The notes under the pieces were generated by a model that saw only the letters and a list, made by a program, of their open reading frames with translations, did not search any database and was not told the DNA's origin. A stretch of DNA of 64,000 nt from Lysobacter sp. (GTDB lineage: Bacteria > Pseudomonadota > Gammaproteobacteria > Xanthomonadales > Xanthomonadaceae): assembly GCA_050737695.1 (NCBI GenBank), contig JBOHYB010000019.1, forward strand, positions 77 through 64,076. The letters are read 5' to 3'. Positions 53,595-64,000 of the stretch are shown here, piece after piece; the first letter of the stretch is position 1, and every line of letters starts with the position of its first letter. Position numbers and translations under genes: made by a program.

Positions 53595-53638
53595 GTATTA
53601 CTTGCAAAAATTATGTAATACATCGTGGCGCGACGCAA
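53595..53638 (-). promoter_or_regulatory. vapBC promoter and palindromic operator
   Basis: TTGCGT (53633-53638)-17-CATAAT (53610-53615); GTATTAC-N13-GTAATAC (53595-53621) overlaps the -10. Confidence 0.7.
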
Positions 53639-53674
53639 CTGCGGCGCTCATGTGGCGCGAACAAAGTGCCTGGC

Positions 53675-54205
53675 TCAGGTATCGGCCGTGACGTACTTGT
53701 CGGGCGCCGGGTTGAGGTGGCCGCAGGACTGGCATGTCCGGTGATCGCGCGAGGCGTAGAAACGATCGAACACCGGCGGGAAGTCCTGCTCGATGTCCTG
53801 CAGGTGGAAGAACTCCTCGTACAGCTTGTGGTTGCACCGTTCGCAGAACCACAACAGGCCGTCCTCCTCGTGCGGCAGGCGGCGACGCTCGATCACCAAT
53901 CCGACCGAACCGGGCATGCGCTGCGGCGAATGCGGCACGCGTGGCGGCAGCAGGAAGATCTCGCCGGCGCGGATCGGGATGTCGCGGACCTTGTCGTCCT
54001 CCTGGATCCGCAGGACCATCTCGCCCTCGATCTGGTAGAACCACTCGGGGCCTTCATCCCAGTGGTAGTCGGTGCGCGCGTTGGGACCGCCGACCACCAT
54101 CACGATGAAGTCGCCGTCGTACACCACCTTGTTGCCGACGGGTGGCTTGAGCAGGTGACGATGTTCCTCGATCCATGCCTGCAGGTTGAGCGGGTTCGGC
54201 AACAC
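53675..54205 (-). CDS. nbaC: 3-hydroxyanthranilate 3,4-dioxygenase
   Basis: [28 protein letters not shown], rubredoxin-like CERC and CQSC; GTG start. Confidence 0.96.
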   Translation of the reverse strand: MLPNPLNLQAWIEEHRHLLKPPVGNKVVYDGDFIVMVVGGPNARTDYHWDEGPEWFYQIEGEMVLRIQEDDKVRDIPIRAGEIFLLPPRVPHSPQRMPGSVGLVIERRRLPHEEDGLLWFCERCNHKLYEEFFHLQDIEQDFPPVFDRFYASRDHRTCQSCGHLNPAPDKYVTADT

Positions 54206-54208
54206 GGG

Positions 54209-54634
54209 TCACTCCTTCACGACGGCAACGCACTTCAGTTCGATGGCGATCGGCGTGGGCAGCGCGCTGATACCGATCGTGGTCCGGCAGGGCGCGTGGT
54301 CGATGTCGGGGAAATACTCGGCCCAGACCGCGTTGTAGCGCGCGAAGTCGGCGTCCATGTCGGTCAGGTAGACAGTCACGTCGACCAGGTCCTCCCAGCC
54401 CGCTTCGCTGGCTTCCAGCACCGCACGGACATTGGCGAACACCGCGCGCGTTTGGGCGTCGATGTCGTAGCTCAGCAGGCGGCCGTCGGCATCGTGGACA
54501 TTGCCGACGATGGCATTGGTGTCGTGGTCGCGCGGGCCGATGCCGGAGAGGAACAGCAGGTTGCCGACGCGCCGTGCATGCGGATAGCTGCCGACCGGCC
54601 GGGGCGCGCTGGAAGCACGGATCGCGTCGCTCAT
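54209..54634 (-). CDS. nbaF: RidA-family 2-aminomuconate deaminase
   Basis: YPHARRVGNLLFLSGIGPR, RTT, PTPIAIELKCVA; pathway context. Confidence 0.8.
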   Translation of the reverse strand: MSDAIRASSAPRPVGSYPHARRVGNLLFLSGIGPRDHDTNAIVGNVHDADGRLLSYDIDAQTRAVFANVRAVLEASEAGWEDLVDVTVYLTDMDADFARYNAVWAEYFPDIDHAPCRTTIGISALPTPIAIELKCVAVVKE

Positions 54635-54635
54635 C

Positions 54636-55298
54636 TCAGCGGTCCTCGCGATCGACCTGGATTCGCGAAAGCGCGTCGGCGTAGATGTCCGGCAGCGATT
54701 CGGCAGAGCTTACGTTGGCGCGGAGGTCATGCACACGGCCGTCGCGCAGGGTGTAGACCCAGCCGTGCACGGACAGCGGTTGGCCGCGGCTCCAGGCGTC
54801 GCGGACGGTGGTGGTGTGGCAGACGTTGACCACCTGCTCGAGCACGTTCAACTCGCACAGGCGGTCGTGCTTCAGTTCGTCGTCCTCGAACGCACGCAGG
54901 CTGGCGGCGTGCTTCTCGGCGACGTCGGTGACGTGGCGGACCCAGTTGTCGGCCAGACCCAGGCGCTTGCCGTGCAATGCCGCATGCACGCCGCCGCAGC
55001 CATAGTGGCCGACTACCAGGATGTGCTTGACCTTGAGCACGTCGACCGCGAACTGGATCACCGACAGGCAGTTGAGGTCGCTGGTGACGACGACGTTGGC
55101 GATGTTGCGATGGACGAATACTTCGCCCGGCGACACGTCGATGATCTGGTTGGCCGGCACCCGCGAATCCGAACAGCCGATCCAGAGGAATTCCGGCGCC
55201 TGCTGGCGCGACAGGCGTTCGAAGAATCCGGGATCCTCGGCGTTGACCCGGTCGGCCCATTCGCGGTTCTTGTGCAGCAGCTCTTTCAGTGAATTCAT
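54636..55298 (-). CDS. can: Beta-class carbonic anhydrase
   Basis: WIGCSDSRVP, HRNIAN, GHYGCGG zinc ligands, LCELNV. Confidence 0.95.
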   Translation of the reverse strand: MNSLKELLHKNREWADRVNAEDPGFFERLSRQQAPEFLWIGCSDSRVPANQIIDVSPGEVFVHRNIANVVVTSDLNCLSVIQFAVDVLKVKHILVVGHYGCGGVHAALHGKRLGLADNWVRHVTDVAEKHAASLRAFEDDELKHDRLCELNVLEQVVNVCHTTTVRDAWSRGQPLSVHGWVYTLRDGRVHDLRANVSSAESLPDIYADALSRIQVDREDR

Positions 55299-55304
55299 GC
55301 AGGG

Positions 55305-56729
55305 TCATCCAATGTGGAGGCCGACGTTCTTGGCGTCGGTGAAGAATCGCATCGCTTCGATGCCGCCTTCGCGGCCGAGGCCGGAGCTGCCCGCGCCGCC
55401 GAACGGCGTGCGCAGGTCGCGTTGCAGCCAGGTGTTGATCCAGATCATGCCGGCGCGCAGCTGCGCGGCCATGCGGTGGGCGCGGTCGAGATCGCGTGTC
55501 CAGAGTGAGGCGGCCAGGCCGTAGTCGCCGGCATTGGCGAGGGCGAGGGCATGGTCGTCGCTGTCGAACGGTTGCAGGGTGACGACGGGACCGAAGATCT
55601 CCTCGCGGTTGCTGGTGCAGTCCGGGCCGAGGTTGTCGATCACGGTCGGGGCGACGAACCAGCCGGGACGGTCGAGCGCGGTGCCGCCGCAGAGGACGTT
55701 GCCACCTTCGTCGCAGGCACGATCCAGGGCCGCCACGACCTTGTCGAAATGCGCCTGCGATACCAGCGGACCGAGCTGGTTGTCCTCGTCGATCGGGTCG
55801 CCGACGCGCAGTGCCAGCGCCCGCTCGACCAGCGCATCGCGGAACTCGTTGTAGATGCCGCGCTCGACCAGCATCCGCGAGCCGCACAGGCAGATCTGCC
55901 CGGAATTCTGGAACGCGGAACGGACCAGGGTGTCGAGCTGGTCGCGCCAGTCGCTGTCGGCGAATACCAGGGTGGGGTTCTTGCCGCCGAGTTCGAGCGA
56001 GAGCTTCTTCAGCAGCGGCGCGGTCAGCCCGGCGATGCGGCGACCGACCGCGGTGCTGCCGGTGAACGACACCGCCTTGACCTGCGGATGGGTCACCAGA
56101 GGTTCGCCAACCTCTGGGCCGGGGCCGTGGACGACGTTGAACACCCCGGCGGGGAAACCGATCTCTGCCGCCAACTCGGCCAGCATAGTCGCGGTGACCG
56201 GTGTCACCTCGGAGGGCTTGGCGACCACGGTATTGCCGGCGGCCAATGCCGGGGCGATTTTCCAGGTCAGCAGGTACAGCGGCAGGTTCCACGGCGAGAC
56301 GGTGGCGACCACGCCGAGCGGCGGGCGCAGGGTGTAGTTGAGTCCGGCTTCGCCGTGGTGGGATTCGCTGGCGAACTGGGTGGCGGCGTGGGCGAAGAAA
56401 CGCAGGTTGCTGATCGCGCGCGGGATCTCGACTTCGCGGGCAAGCTTTATGGGTTTTCCGCCATCGCGCGACTCGGCGTGGGCGAAGTCATCGAGTCGTG
56501 CTTCCAGCGCCTCGGCCAGCTTTTCCAGCCAGCGGGCGCGCTCGCTGTTGCGCAGTGCGGACCAGTTGGGGAACGCGGCTTGCGCGGCGGCGACGGCGGC
56601 TTCCGCGTCGGCGGCGTTACCGTCGGCCACTTCGGCGAACGCGCGGCCGGTGGCGGGATCGAAGACGTCGAGCCAGCGACCCGAGGCCGCTTCGCGTGCT
56701 TTGCCGTCGATCCAGTGGGTCAGGCGCAT
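55305..56729 (-). CDS. 2-aminomuconate-6-semialdehyde dehydrogenase (ALDH8-like)
   Basis: PWNLPLYLLTWK, FTGST, LELGGKNP, NSGQICLCGSR, EEIFGPV; adjacent to HAO and ACMSD genes. Confidence 0.88.
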   Translation of the reverse strand: MRLTHWIDGKAREAASGRWLDVFDPATGRAFAEVADGNAADAEAAVAAAQAAFPNWSALRNSERARWLEKLAEALEARLDDFAHAESRDGGKPIKLAREVEIPRAISNLRFFAHAATQFASESHHGEAGLNYTLRPPLGVVATVSPWNLPLYLLTWKIAPALAAGNTVVAKPSEVTPVTATMLAELAAEIGFPAGVFNVVHGPGPEVGEPLVTHPQVKAVSFTGSTAVGRRIAGLTAPLLKKLSLELGGKNPTLVFADSDWRDQLDTLVRSAFQNSGQICLCGSRMLVERGIYNEFRDALVERALALRVGDPIDEDNQLGPLVSQAHFDKVVAALDRACDEGGNVLCGGTALDRPGWFVAPTVIDNLGPDCTSNREEIFGPVVTLQPFDSDDHALALANAGDYGLAASLWTRDLDRAHRMAAQLRAGMIWINTWLQRDLRTPFGGAGSSGLGREGGIEAMRFFTDAKNVGLHIG

Positions 56730-56778
56730 CCGCCAAGCTTAGCGCGAGCGCCGTGGATACGTCGCCGTCCGGTGCCGA

Positions 56779-57564
56779 TCAGATCGACTGCATCCGGCCG
56801 CCGTCGACGGCCAGGCTGACGCCGTTGATGTAGGCGGCGGCGGGCGAGCACAGGAACGCGATGGCGGCGGCGACTTCCGCTGGCTGGGCAAAGCGTCCCG
56901 CCGGCACCGTCTTGCGCATGCCGTCGGCGACCTGCTCCTCGCTTTGGCCGGTTGCCTTGGCGCGATCGGACAATATCTGGGCGATGCGGCCGGTCTCGGT
57001 GAAGCCGGGCAGCACGTTGTTGACGGTGATGCCATCGCCGGCGAGTTCGCGCGACAGCGTCTTGGCCCAACTGGCGACGGCGCCGCGGGTGGTGTTGGAC
57101 ACGCCGAGGTTGGCGATCGGTTCGCGCACCGAGGTCGAGATCACGTTGACCACGCGGCCCCAGGCATCGGTCTGCATTCCGGGCAGCACGGCTTGCAGCA
57201 GGGTGTGGTTGGCGACCAGATGCTTGTTGAACGCGTCCAGGAACGCCGCCGTATCGGCGCTGTGCGCGGCGCCGCCGGGTGGGCCGCCGGTGTTGTTGAC
57301 CAGGATATGCACCGGCTTGCCGGCGACGAGCGCCTCGACCTGGGCACGCAACGCATCGGTATCGGCGACGTCGGCGGCGATCCAGCCGTGGCGCTGGCCG
57401 TCGGCGCGTGGCAGGGCCTCGGCAACCGAGCGCAGGGCTTCTTCGCGCCGTGCCAGCACGGTCACATCGGCGCCAAGCAACGCAAGTTCATGGGCGGTGG
57501 CGCGGCCGATGCCTTCGGAGGCGCCGCAGACCAGGGCATGTCGGCCGGCGAGGTTGAGATCCAT
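56779..57564 (-). CDS. Atypical short-chain dehydrogenase/reductase
   Basis: CGASEGIG Rossmann motif, NNTGGP, SNTTR in place of YxxxK, VDGG. Confidence 0.9.
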   Translation of the reverse strand: MDLNLAGRHALVCGASEGIGRATAHELALLGADVTVLARREEALRSVAEALPRADGQRHGWIAADVADTDALRAQVEALVAGKPVHILVNNTGGPPGGAAHSADTAAFLDAFNKHLVANHTLLQAVLPGMQTDAWGRVVNVISTSVREPIANLGVSNTTRGAVASWAKTLSRELAGDGITVNNVLPGFTETGRIAQILSDRAKATGQSEEQVADGMRKTVPAGRFAQPAEVAAAIAFLCSPAAAYINGVSLAVDGGRMQSI

Positions 57565-57566
57565 GT

Positions 57567-58202
57567 TCAGTCTCCTGCAATTGGGCGGGACATGCGCTCG
57601 CGCATCAGCCGCGCGACCGCCTGGCCGTTGTCGCCGCCGAGGGCGTCGAGGCGGCTGGCGACGGCGGCGCGGTTGTCCTGCGGGTGGTTCTGGTTGAGCT
57701 TGAACTTCAGGTCTGCCTGGCCCACCCGCAGACGAAAGCCGATGATGCCGCGCAACTGCACGCGCTGGTCGGCCCGCTCGGGTTCGAAACGCCAGTCGCT
57801 GCCGACAGCCGTCTCGTGGCGGTCGCTGAGCTCGCCAACCAGCGCCGACAGCGACGGTTCGTCATCGAAGGTCTGCAGCTCGCCCCGCAGGTGCGCCACC
57901 GCGTAGTTCCAGGTGGGCACGCGGGCCTCGGCTTGCTTGTCGAGATACCAGCTCGGCGAGACGTAGGCGTGGGGTCCATGCACGATCGCGGTGGCGGAGC
58001 CGACATGGCGCGCCTGCGGGTTCGGCCGCGCGAAGTGGCCTGCAAGTTCGATCGTGTCGCCCTCGCGCCGATACAGCACCGGCAGGTGACTTACCGTCGG
58101 CACGTCATCACGCACGGTGATCAAGGTAATGAAATTGTCGTCAGCCAGCAGCGCGTCGAGTGCAGCCAGGTCGGTTTCGACAAATGCGGACGGCCGGTAC
58201 AT
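57567..58202 (-). CDS. PaiB-family (FMN/heme-binding split barrel) protein
   Basis: Start MYRPSAF (58202); HFARPNPQ, GPHAYVSPSWY, VPTWNYAVAH, KLNQN. Confidence 0.88.
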   Translation of the reverse strand: MYRPSAFVETDLAALDALLADDNFITLITVRDDVPTVSHLPVLYRREGDTIELAGHFARPNPQARHVGSATAIVHGPHAYVSPSWYLDKQAEARVPTWNYAVAHLRGELQTFDDEPSLSALVGELSDRHETAVGSDWRFEPERADQRVQLRGIIGFRLRVGQADLKFKLNQNHPQDNRAAVASRLDALGGDNGQAVARLMRERMSRPIAGD

Positions 58203-58210
58203 GGAGGGGC

Positions 58211-58519
58211 TCAGCGCTGCAGCGGCAGCTTCCGCGTCATCTGCTCGCGCAACCGGCTGTCGTCGTCGGCTTGCGGCGGCACCAGTTCGTCGAGGCTGAA
58301 ACCACGGGCGGCGGCGTCGTCCTCGTCCAAGCCGTCGAGCGCGGTGAACTCGGCATCCATCAGCGCGGCGCGGGCGCTGTCCTCGCTGTCGTAGGGCAGG
58401 GTGTTGCCGTCGCTGTCGAACACCTCGGCGGTGCCTGCGTCGAGCACCCGCATGCGCGCCCAGATGACGGTGCGGCCGAGGGTGGCGAGCCACCATTGGC
58501 TGTTGTCGTTCGCACTCAC
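58211..58519 (-). CDS. Small acidic hypothetical protein (102 aa)
   Basis: GTG start overlapping the upstream TGA; GC3-rich codons; WWLATLG..WAR. Confidence 0.7.
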   Translation of the reverse strand: MSANDNSQWWLATLGRTVIWARMRVLDAGTAEVFDSDGNTLPYDSEDSARAALMDAEFTALDGLDEDDAAARGFSLDELVPPQADDDSRLREQMTRKLPLQR

Positions 58520-58821
58520 GAGGCCACCAGCGACAGCAGGTACAGCAGGCCGGCGCCGACCAGGCCGGCGATGATGACCCACAGCGATATCCGTGCCGGT
58601 GTGGCCAGGCCGTCGAGGTTGCGGTCGCCTGCGGCGCGGTAGCCGCCGCGCAGCAGCCACAGCCATGCCGAGGGCCGCGCGAAGGCATTGGAGCCGAGAT
58701 CCGACTGCAGGACGGGGTGGCGGTCGCGCACATGTATCAGCATCAGCGGCCAGAAGATCACGAACGCGGTCGCGCCGGAGATGGCGAGGGCGAGGAACAG
58801 CAGGGCGAGAAACAGGATCAC
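58516..58821 (-). CDS. Small two-TM membrane protein (101 aa)
   Basis: Hydrophobic N- and C-terminal helices; 4 nt after the asnS stop. Confidence 0.7.
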   Translation of the reverse strand: MILFLALLFLALAISGATAFVIFWPLMLIHVRDRHPVLQSDLGSNAFARPSAWLWLLRGGYRAAGDRNLDGLATPARISLWVIIAGLVGAGLLYLLSLVAS

Positions 58822-58825
58822 CGGC

Positions 58826-60226
58826 TCAGAACTCCGCGTTGCCGGGGGCGCGCGGGTAGGGGATCGCGTCGCGGATGTTGCTCAGGCCGCAGACGTAGAC
58901 CACCAGCCGCTCGAAGCCGAGGCCGAAGCCCGAATGCGGCACCGTGCCGTAGCGGCGGAAATCGCGATACCAGCCGTAGTGCTCGGTATCCAGGCCGAAC
59001 TGCGCCATGCGCGCGTCGAGCACGTCGAGGCGCTCCTCGCGCTGCGCGCCGCCGATGATCTCGCCGATGCCCGGCGCCAGCACGTCCATCGCCGCGACCG
59101 TCTTGCCATCGTCGTTGAGGCGCATGTAGAACGCCTTGATGTGCTCGGGATAGTTGGTGACCACCACCGGGCGGCCGACGTGCTGCTCGGTCAGCCAGCG
59201 CTCGTGCTCGGTCTGCAGGTCCAGGCCCCATTCGACCGGGAACTCGAATTTGTGTTTGGAATCCTGCAGCAGCTTGATCGCATCGGTGTAGTCGATCCGC
59301 TCGAACGGCGCATTGATGAATGCATCCAGCCGCGTCACCGCGTCCTTCTGCACGCGCTCGGCGATGAACGCCATGTCGTCGCCGCGCTCGTCGAGCACCG
59401 CGCGGAACAGGTACTTGAGGAAGTCCTCGGCGACGCTGGCGGTCTGCAGCAGGTCGGCGAAGGCGATCTCCGGCTCGACCATCCAGAACTCGGCCAGGTG
59501 GCGGGTGGTGTTGGAGTTCTCGGCGCGGAAGGTCGGGCCGAAGGTGTAGACCTTGCTCAACGCCAGGCAGTAGGCCTCGACGTTGAGCTGGCCGGACACG
59601 GTCAGGAAGGTTTCCTTGCCGAAGAAATCGCGGCTGAAGTCGACCGCGCCGTCCTTGCCGCGCGGCAGGTTGGCCATGTCCAGGGTCGAGACCCGGAACA
59701 TCTGGCCGGCGCCCTCGGCATCGCTGGTGGTCACGATCGGGGTGGTGATCCAGTAGTAGCCCTGCTCGTGGAAGAATCGGTGCACCGCCTGCGCTAGGCA
59801 GTGGCGGATGCGGGTGACCGCACCGAACAGGTTGGTCCGCGGGCGCAGGTGGGCGACCTCGCGCAGGAATTCCAGCGAGTGCGCCTTGGGCTGGATCGGA
59901 TAGGTTTCCGGATCGTCGACCCAGCCGACCACCTCGACCTTGCTGGCCTGGATCTCGAAGCCCTGGCCCTGGCCCTGCGAGGCGACCAGCTCGCCGGTGG
60001 CGATCACCGAGCAACCGGCGGTCAGGTGCTTCACCTCGTCCTCGTAGTTGGGCAGGGTGTTGGGCGCGACCACCTGGATCGGCGCGAAACAGGAACCATC
60101 ACTGACATTGACGAAGCTCAGGCCGGCCTTGGAGTCGCGCCGGGTGCGTACCCAGCCGCGGACCGTGACTTCGCCTCCGGCGGGCAACTTGCCTGCGAGC
60201 GCATGTTCGACGCTGACCACCGTCAT
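58826..60226 (-). CDS. asnS: Asparagine--tRNA ligase
   Basis: Start MTVVSV (60226); [48 protein letters not shown]. Confidence 0.97.
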   Translation of the reverse strand: MTVVSVEHALAGKLPAGGEVTVRGWVRTRRDSKAGLSFVNVSDGSCFAPIQVVAPNTLPNYEDEVKHLTAGCSVIATGELVASQGQGQGFEIQASKVEVVGWVDDPETYPIQPKAHSLEFLREVAHLRPRTNLFGAVTRIRHCLAQAVHRFFHEQGYYWITTPIVTTSDAEGAGQMFRVSTLDMANLPRGKDGAVDFSRDFFGKETFLTVSGQLNVEAYCLALSKVYTFGPTFRAENSNTTRHLAEFWMVEPEIAFADLLQTASVAEDFLKYLFRAVLDERGDDMAFIAERVQKDAVTRLDAFINAPFERIDYTDAIKLLQDSKHKFEFPVEWGLDLQTEHERWLTEQHVGRPVVVTNYPEHIKAFYMRLNDDGKTVAAMDVLAPGIGEIIGGAQREERLDVLDARMAQFGLDTEHYGWYRDFRRYGTVPHSGFGLGFERLVVYVCGLSNIRDAIPYPRAPGNAEF

Positions 60227-60340
60227 GCCTTGAATCCTTGCCTGTTCGGGCCGATATGGGGAGGGCCGGAGTTTACCGGAGTGGTTAAGCCTCCGTCCGC
60301 ATGCCATCGGTATGATGGACCGTAGAAACCTGGAGCTTGC

Positions 60341-60679
60341 ATGAGCATCACCCTGACCCCCGCCGCGCTGGCCCGCGTACAGCGCTTCCTCGCCGAGACC
60401 CCCGACGCGATCGGGCTGCGCTTCGGCGTGACCAAGACCGGTTGCTCGGGCTGGCAGCATGTCGCCGACCTGGCCAAGGACGAGCGCGCCGGCGACACCG
60501 TGTTCGAGCAGGACGGCGTGCGCATCTACGTCGACATGCTGAGTCTGCCGCAGGTCGACGGCACCGAGATCGACCTGGTCAAACAGCGCCTCGGCGAGCA
60601 GTTCCTGTTCCGCAACCCGAACGCCAACGCCGAATGCGGCTGCGGCGAAAGCTTCACCACTGACGCCGACGCGGCGTAA
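60341..60679 (+). CDS. A-type Fe-S carrier (HesB/IscA family)
   Basis: GVTKTGCSG and C-terminal CGCGESF. Confidence 0.93.
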   Translation: MSITLTPAALARVQRFLAETPDAIGLRFGVTKTGCSGWQHVADLAKDERAGDTVFEQDGVRIYVDMLSLPQVDGTEIDLVKQRLGEQFLFRNPNANAECGCGESFTTDADAA

Positions 60680-60790
60680 GCCCACCGCTGCCGAAACCGC
60701 GACGCAGCGCACCCGCGCCCCGACTTTCGTCACGCCCGTGGGAGGGCCGGCCGACGCTAGACTCCGAGGCTGTCCTGCCGGAGTCTCGTC

Positions 60791-62611
<1,821 letters not shown>

Positions 62612-62641
62612 TTGCTTCCCGGACCCCGATCCTGCGATAAT
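62612..62641 (+). promoter_or_regulatory. Putative sigma70 promoter of rpsF
   Basis: TTGCTT-18-GATAAT. Confidence 0.5.
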
Positions 62642-62670
62642 TGGCGGCTTCCTCCGGCTCGACCCGGGGA

Positions 62671-62746
62671 ACCTTGCCCCACCGCGCTCGCACAGGTCGC
62701 AGGGGGCTGACCCGGCCGCGAGGCCGATATCCACAAGGACAACACC
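62671..62746 (+). ncRNA. S6:S18 ribosomal protein leader (cis-regulatory RNA)
   Basis: CCTTGCCCC...GGGGGCTGA...TCCACAAGGA matches my recollection of the E. coli rpsF leader (CCTTGCCTCC...GGAGGCTGA...TCCGTAAGGA); CCR triplet next to the SD. Confidence 0.65.
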
Positions 62747-63202
62747 ATGCGTCATTACGAAGTCGTGTTCCTGGTCCATCCGGACCAGAGCGAGCAGGTC
62801 CCGGCCATGATCGAGCGCTACAAGGGCTTGATCGAGGCGGGCGAGGGCAAGATCCACCGTCTCGAGGATTGGGGCCGCCGCCAGCTGGCCTACCCGATCG
62901 TCAACCTGGTCAAGGCCCACTACGTGCTGCTGAACATCGAGTGCAGCCAGGCCGTGCTCAACGAGCTGGTCGACGGTTTCCGTTTCAACGACGCCGTGCT
63001 GCGTCACCTGGTCATGCGCCGCGACGAGGCCGACACCGAGCAGTCGCTGATCATGAAGTTCAAGGACGAGAAGGGCGACAAGCCCGATCGCGGTGACCGT
63101 GGCGATCGCGGCGACCGTCCGCGTCGTGACGACGACCGTGCCGAAACGAAGGCCGATGACGCCGACGCCAAGCCCGCCGACGACACCGCCGAAACCGCCT
63201 GA
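62747..63202 (+). CDS. rpsF: 30S ribosomal protein S6
   Basis: [28 protein letters not shown]. Confidence 0.99.
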   Translation: MRHYEVVFLVHPDQSEQVPAMIERYKGLIEAGEGKIHRLEDWGRRQLAYPIVNLVKAHYVLLNIECSQAVLNELVDGFRFNDAVLRHLVMRRDEADTEQSLIMKFKDEKGDKPDRGDRGDRGDRPRRDDDRAETKADDADAKPADDTAETA

Positions 63203-63225
63203 TCGCGAATTCCAGGAGCACTCCC

Positions 63226-63456
63226 ATGTCCAAGTTCTTTCGCCGCCGCAAGTTCTGCAAGTTCACCGCCGAGGGCGTCAAGGAGATCGATTACAAGGAT
63301 CTCAACACCCTGCGCCAGAACCTCACCGAGACCGGCAAGATCGTGCCGAGCCGCGTGACCGGCACCAAGGCCAAGTACCAGCGCCAGTTGGCGACCGCGG
63401 TCAAGCGCGCGCGTTTCCTCGCGCTGATCCCGTACACCGACAACCACAACGCCTGA
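63226..63456 (+). CDS. rpsR: 30S ribosomal protein S18
   Basis: [32 protein letters not shown]. Confidence 0.99.
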   Translation: MSKFFRRRKFCKFTAEGVKEIDYKDLNTLRQNLTETGKIVPSRVTGTKAKYQRQLATAVKRARFLALIPYTDNHNA

Positions 63457-63537
63457 GCAAGTGAGGGCGTCAGCCCCATTCGGACAGCGCACCCCGCTGC
63501 GGGCCTCCAGGCCCGCTAACGAAACCGGAGCAACACC

Positions 63538-63990
63538 ATGCAACTGATCCTCCTGCAAAACGTGCAGAACCTCGGCAAGCTCGGCGACAAGGTCGACGTC
63601 AAGCCGGGCTACGGCCGCAACTTCCTGGTGCCGCAGGGCAAGGCCACGCCGGCGACCGCCACCAACCTGGCCGAGTTCGAGGCGCGCCGCGCCGAGTACG
63701 AAGCCAAGGCCAAGGCCACCCTCGATGACGCCGAAGCCCGCCAGGCCAAGCTGGACGACGTGTCGATCACGATCCGCGCCAACGCCGCCACCGAAGGCAA
63801 GCTGTACGGCTCGATCACCACCCGTGACATCGCCGAAGAGCTGACCAAGGCCGGCCACCCGGTCGAGAAGTCCGAGGTGATCATGGGCGAGGGCGCGATC
63901 CGCCGCACCGGCGAGTACGACGTCGTCATCCACCTGCACGCCGACATCGAGAGCACCGTCAAGGTGATCGTCGAGGGCGAAGTGGTCTGA
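63538..63990 (+). CDS. rplI: 50S ribosomal protein L9
   Basis: [24 protein letters not shown]. Confidence 0.99.
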   Translation: MQLILLQNVQNLGKLGDKVDVKPGYGRNFLVPQGKATPATATNLAEFEARRAEYEAKAKATLDDAEARQAKLDDVSITIRANAATEGKLYGSITTRDIAEELTKAGHPVEKSEVIMGEGAIRRTGEYDVVIHLHADIESTVKVIVEGEVV

Positions 63991-64000
63991 GTTCCAGCGA

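Noticed and set aside
56779-57564. Naming the SDR fabG or nbaG
   Set aside because: It lacks YxxxK, and NbaG denotes a decarboxylase of a different family.

Overview
GC-rich bacterial chromosomal segment, most likely Xanthomonadaceae/Lysobacteraceae (inferred from GyrA Gln83, long LigA, split MetH behind a SahR/SamR-type regulator, GTAG-type REPs and rpsF-rpsR-rplI without priB). It is mostly core genome: ligA-epmA-mtnA-gyrA, sucAB-lpdA, purB-roxA-GNAT, fumC, two FKBP isomerases, ugd-slyX, metH, large NAD-GDH, NAD kinase, sbcB, asnS and rpsF-rpsR-rplI. No tRNA, rRNA, CRISPR array, transposase or prophage was seen. The most interesting features are: (1) a kynurenine/3-hydroxyanthranilate catabolic cluster that lacks the known lower-pathway genes but carries an atypical Tyr-less SDR, a candidate for the reductase giving 2-oxoadipate, plus an embedded carbonic anhydrase; (2) a toxin-antitoxin hotspot inside that cluster, with an intact VapBC and an unannotated, internally deleted MNT-HEPN relic; (3) a ytrGABC-like envelope module (small exported peptide, YtrA, ABC transporter, lipoprotein, beta-solenoid protein) with a visible promoter and operator; (4) nine REP doublets, one of which supplies the kmo stop codon; (5) an AABB tandem-repeat and hairpin leader before ugd. 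All family assignments come from motif recognition and memory; no database searches were run.
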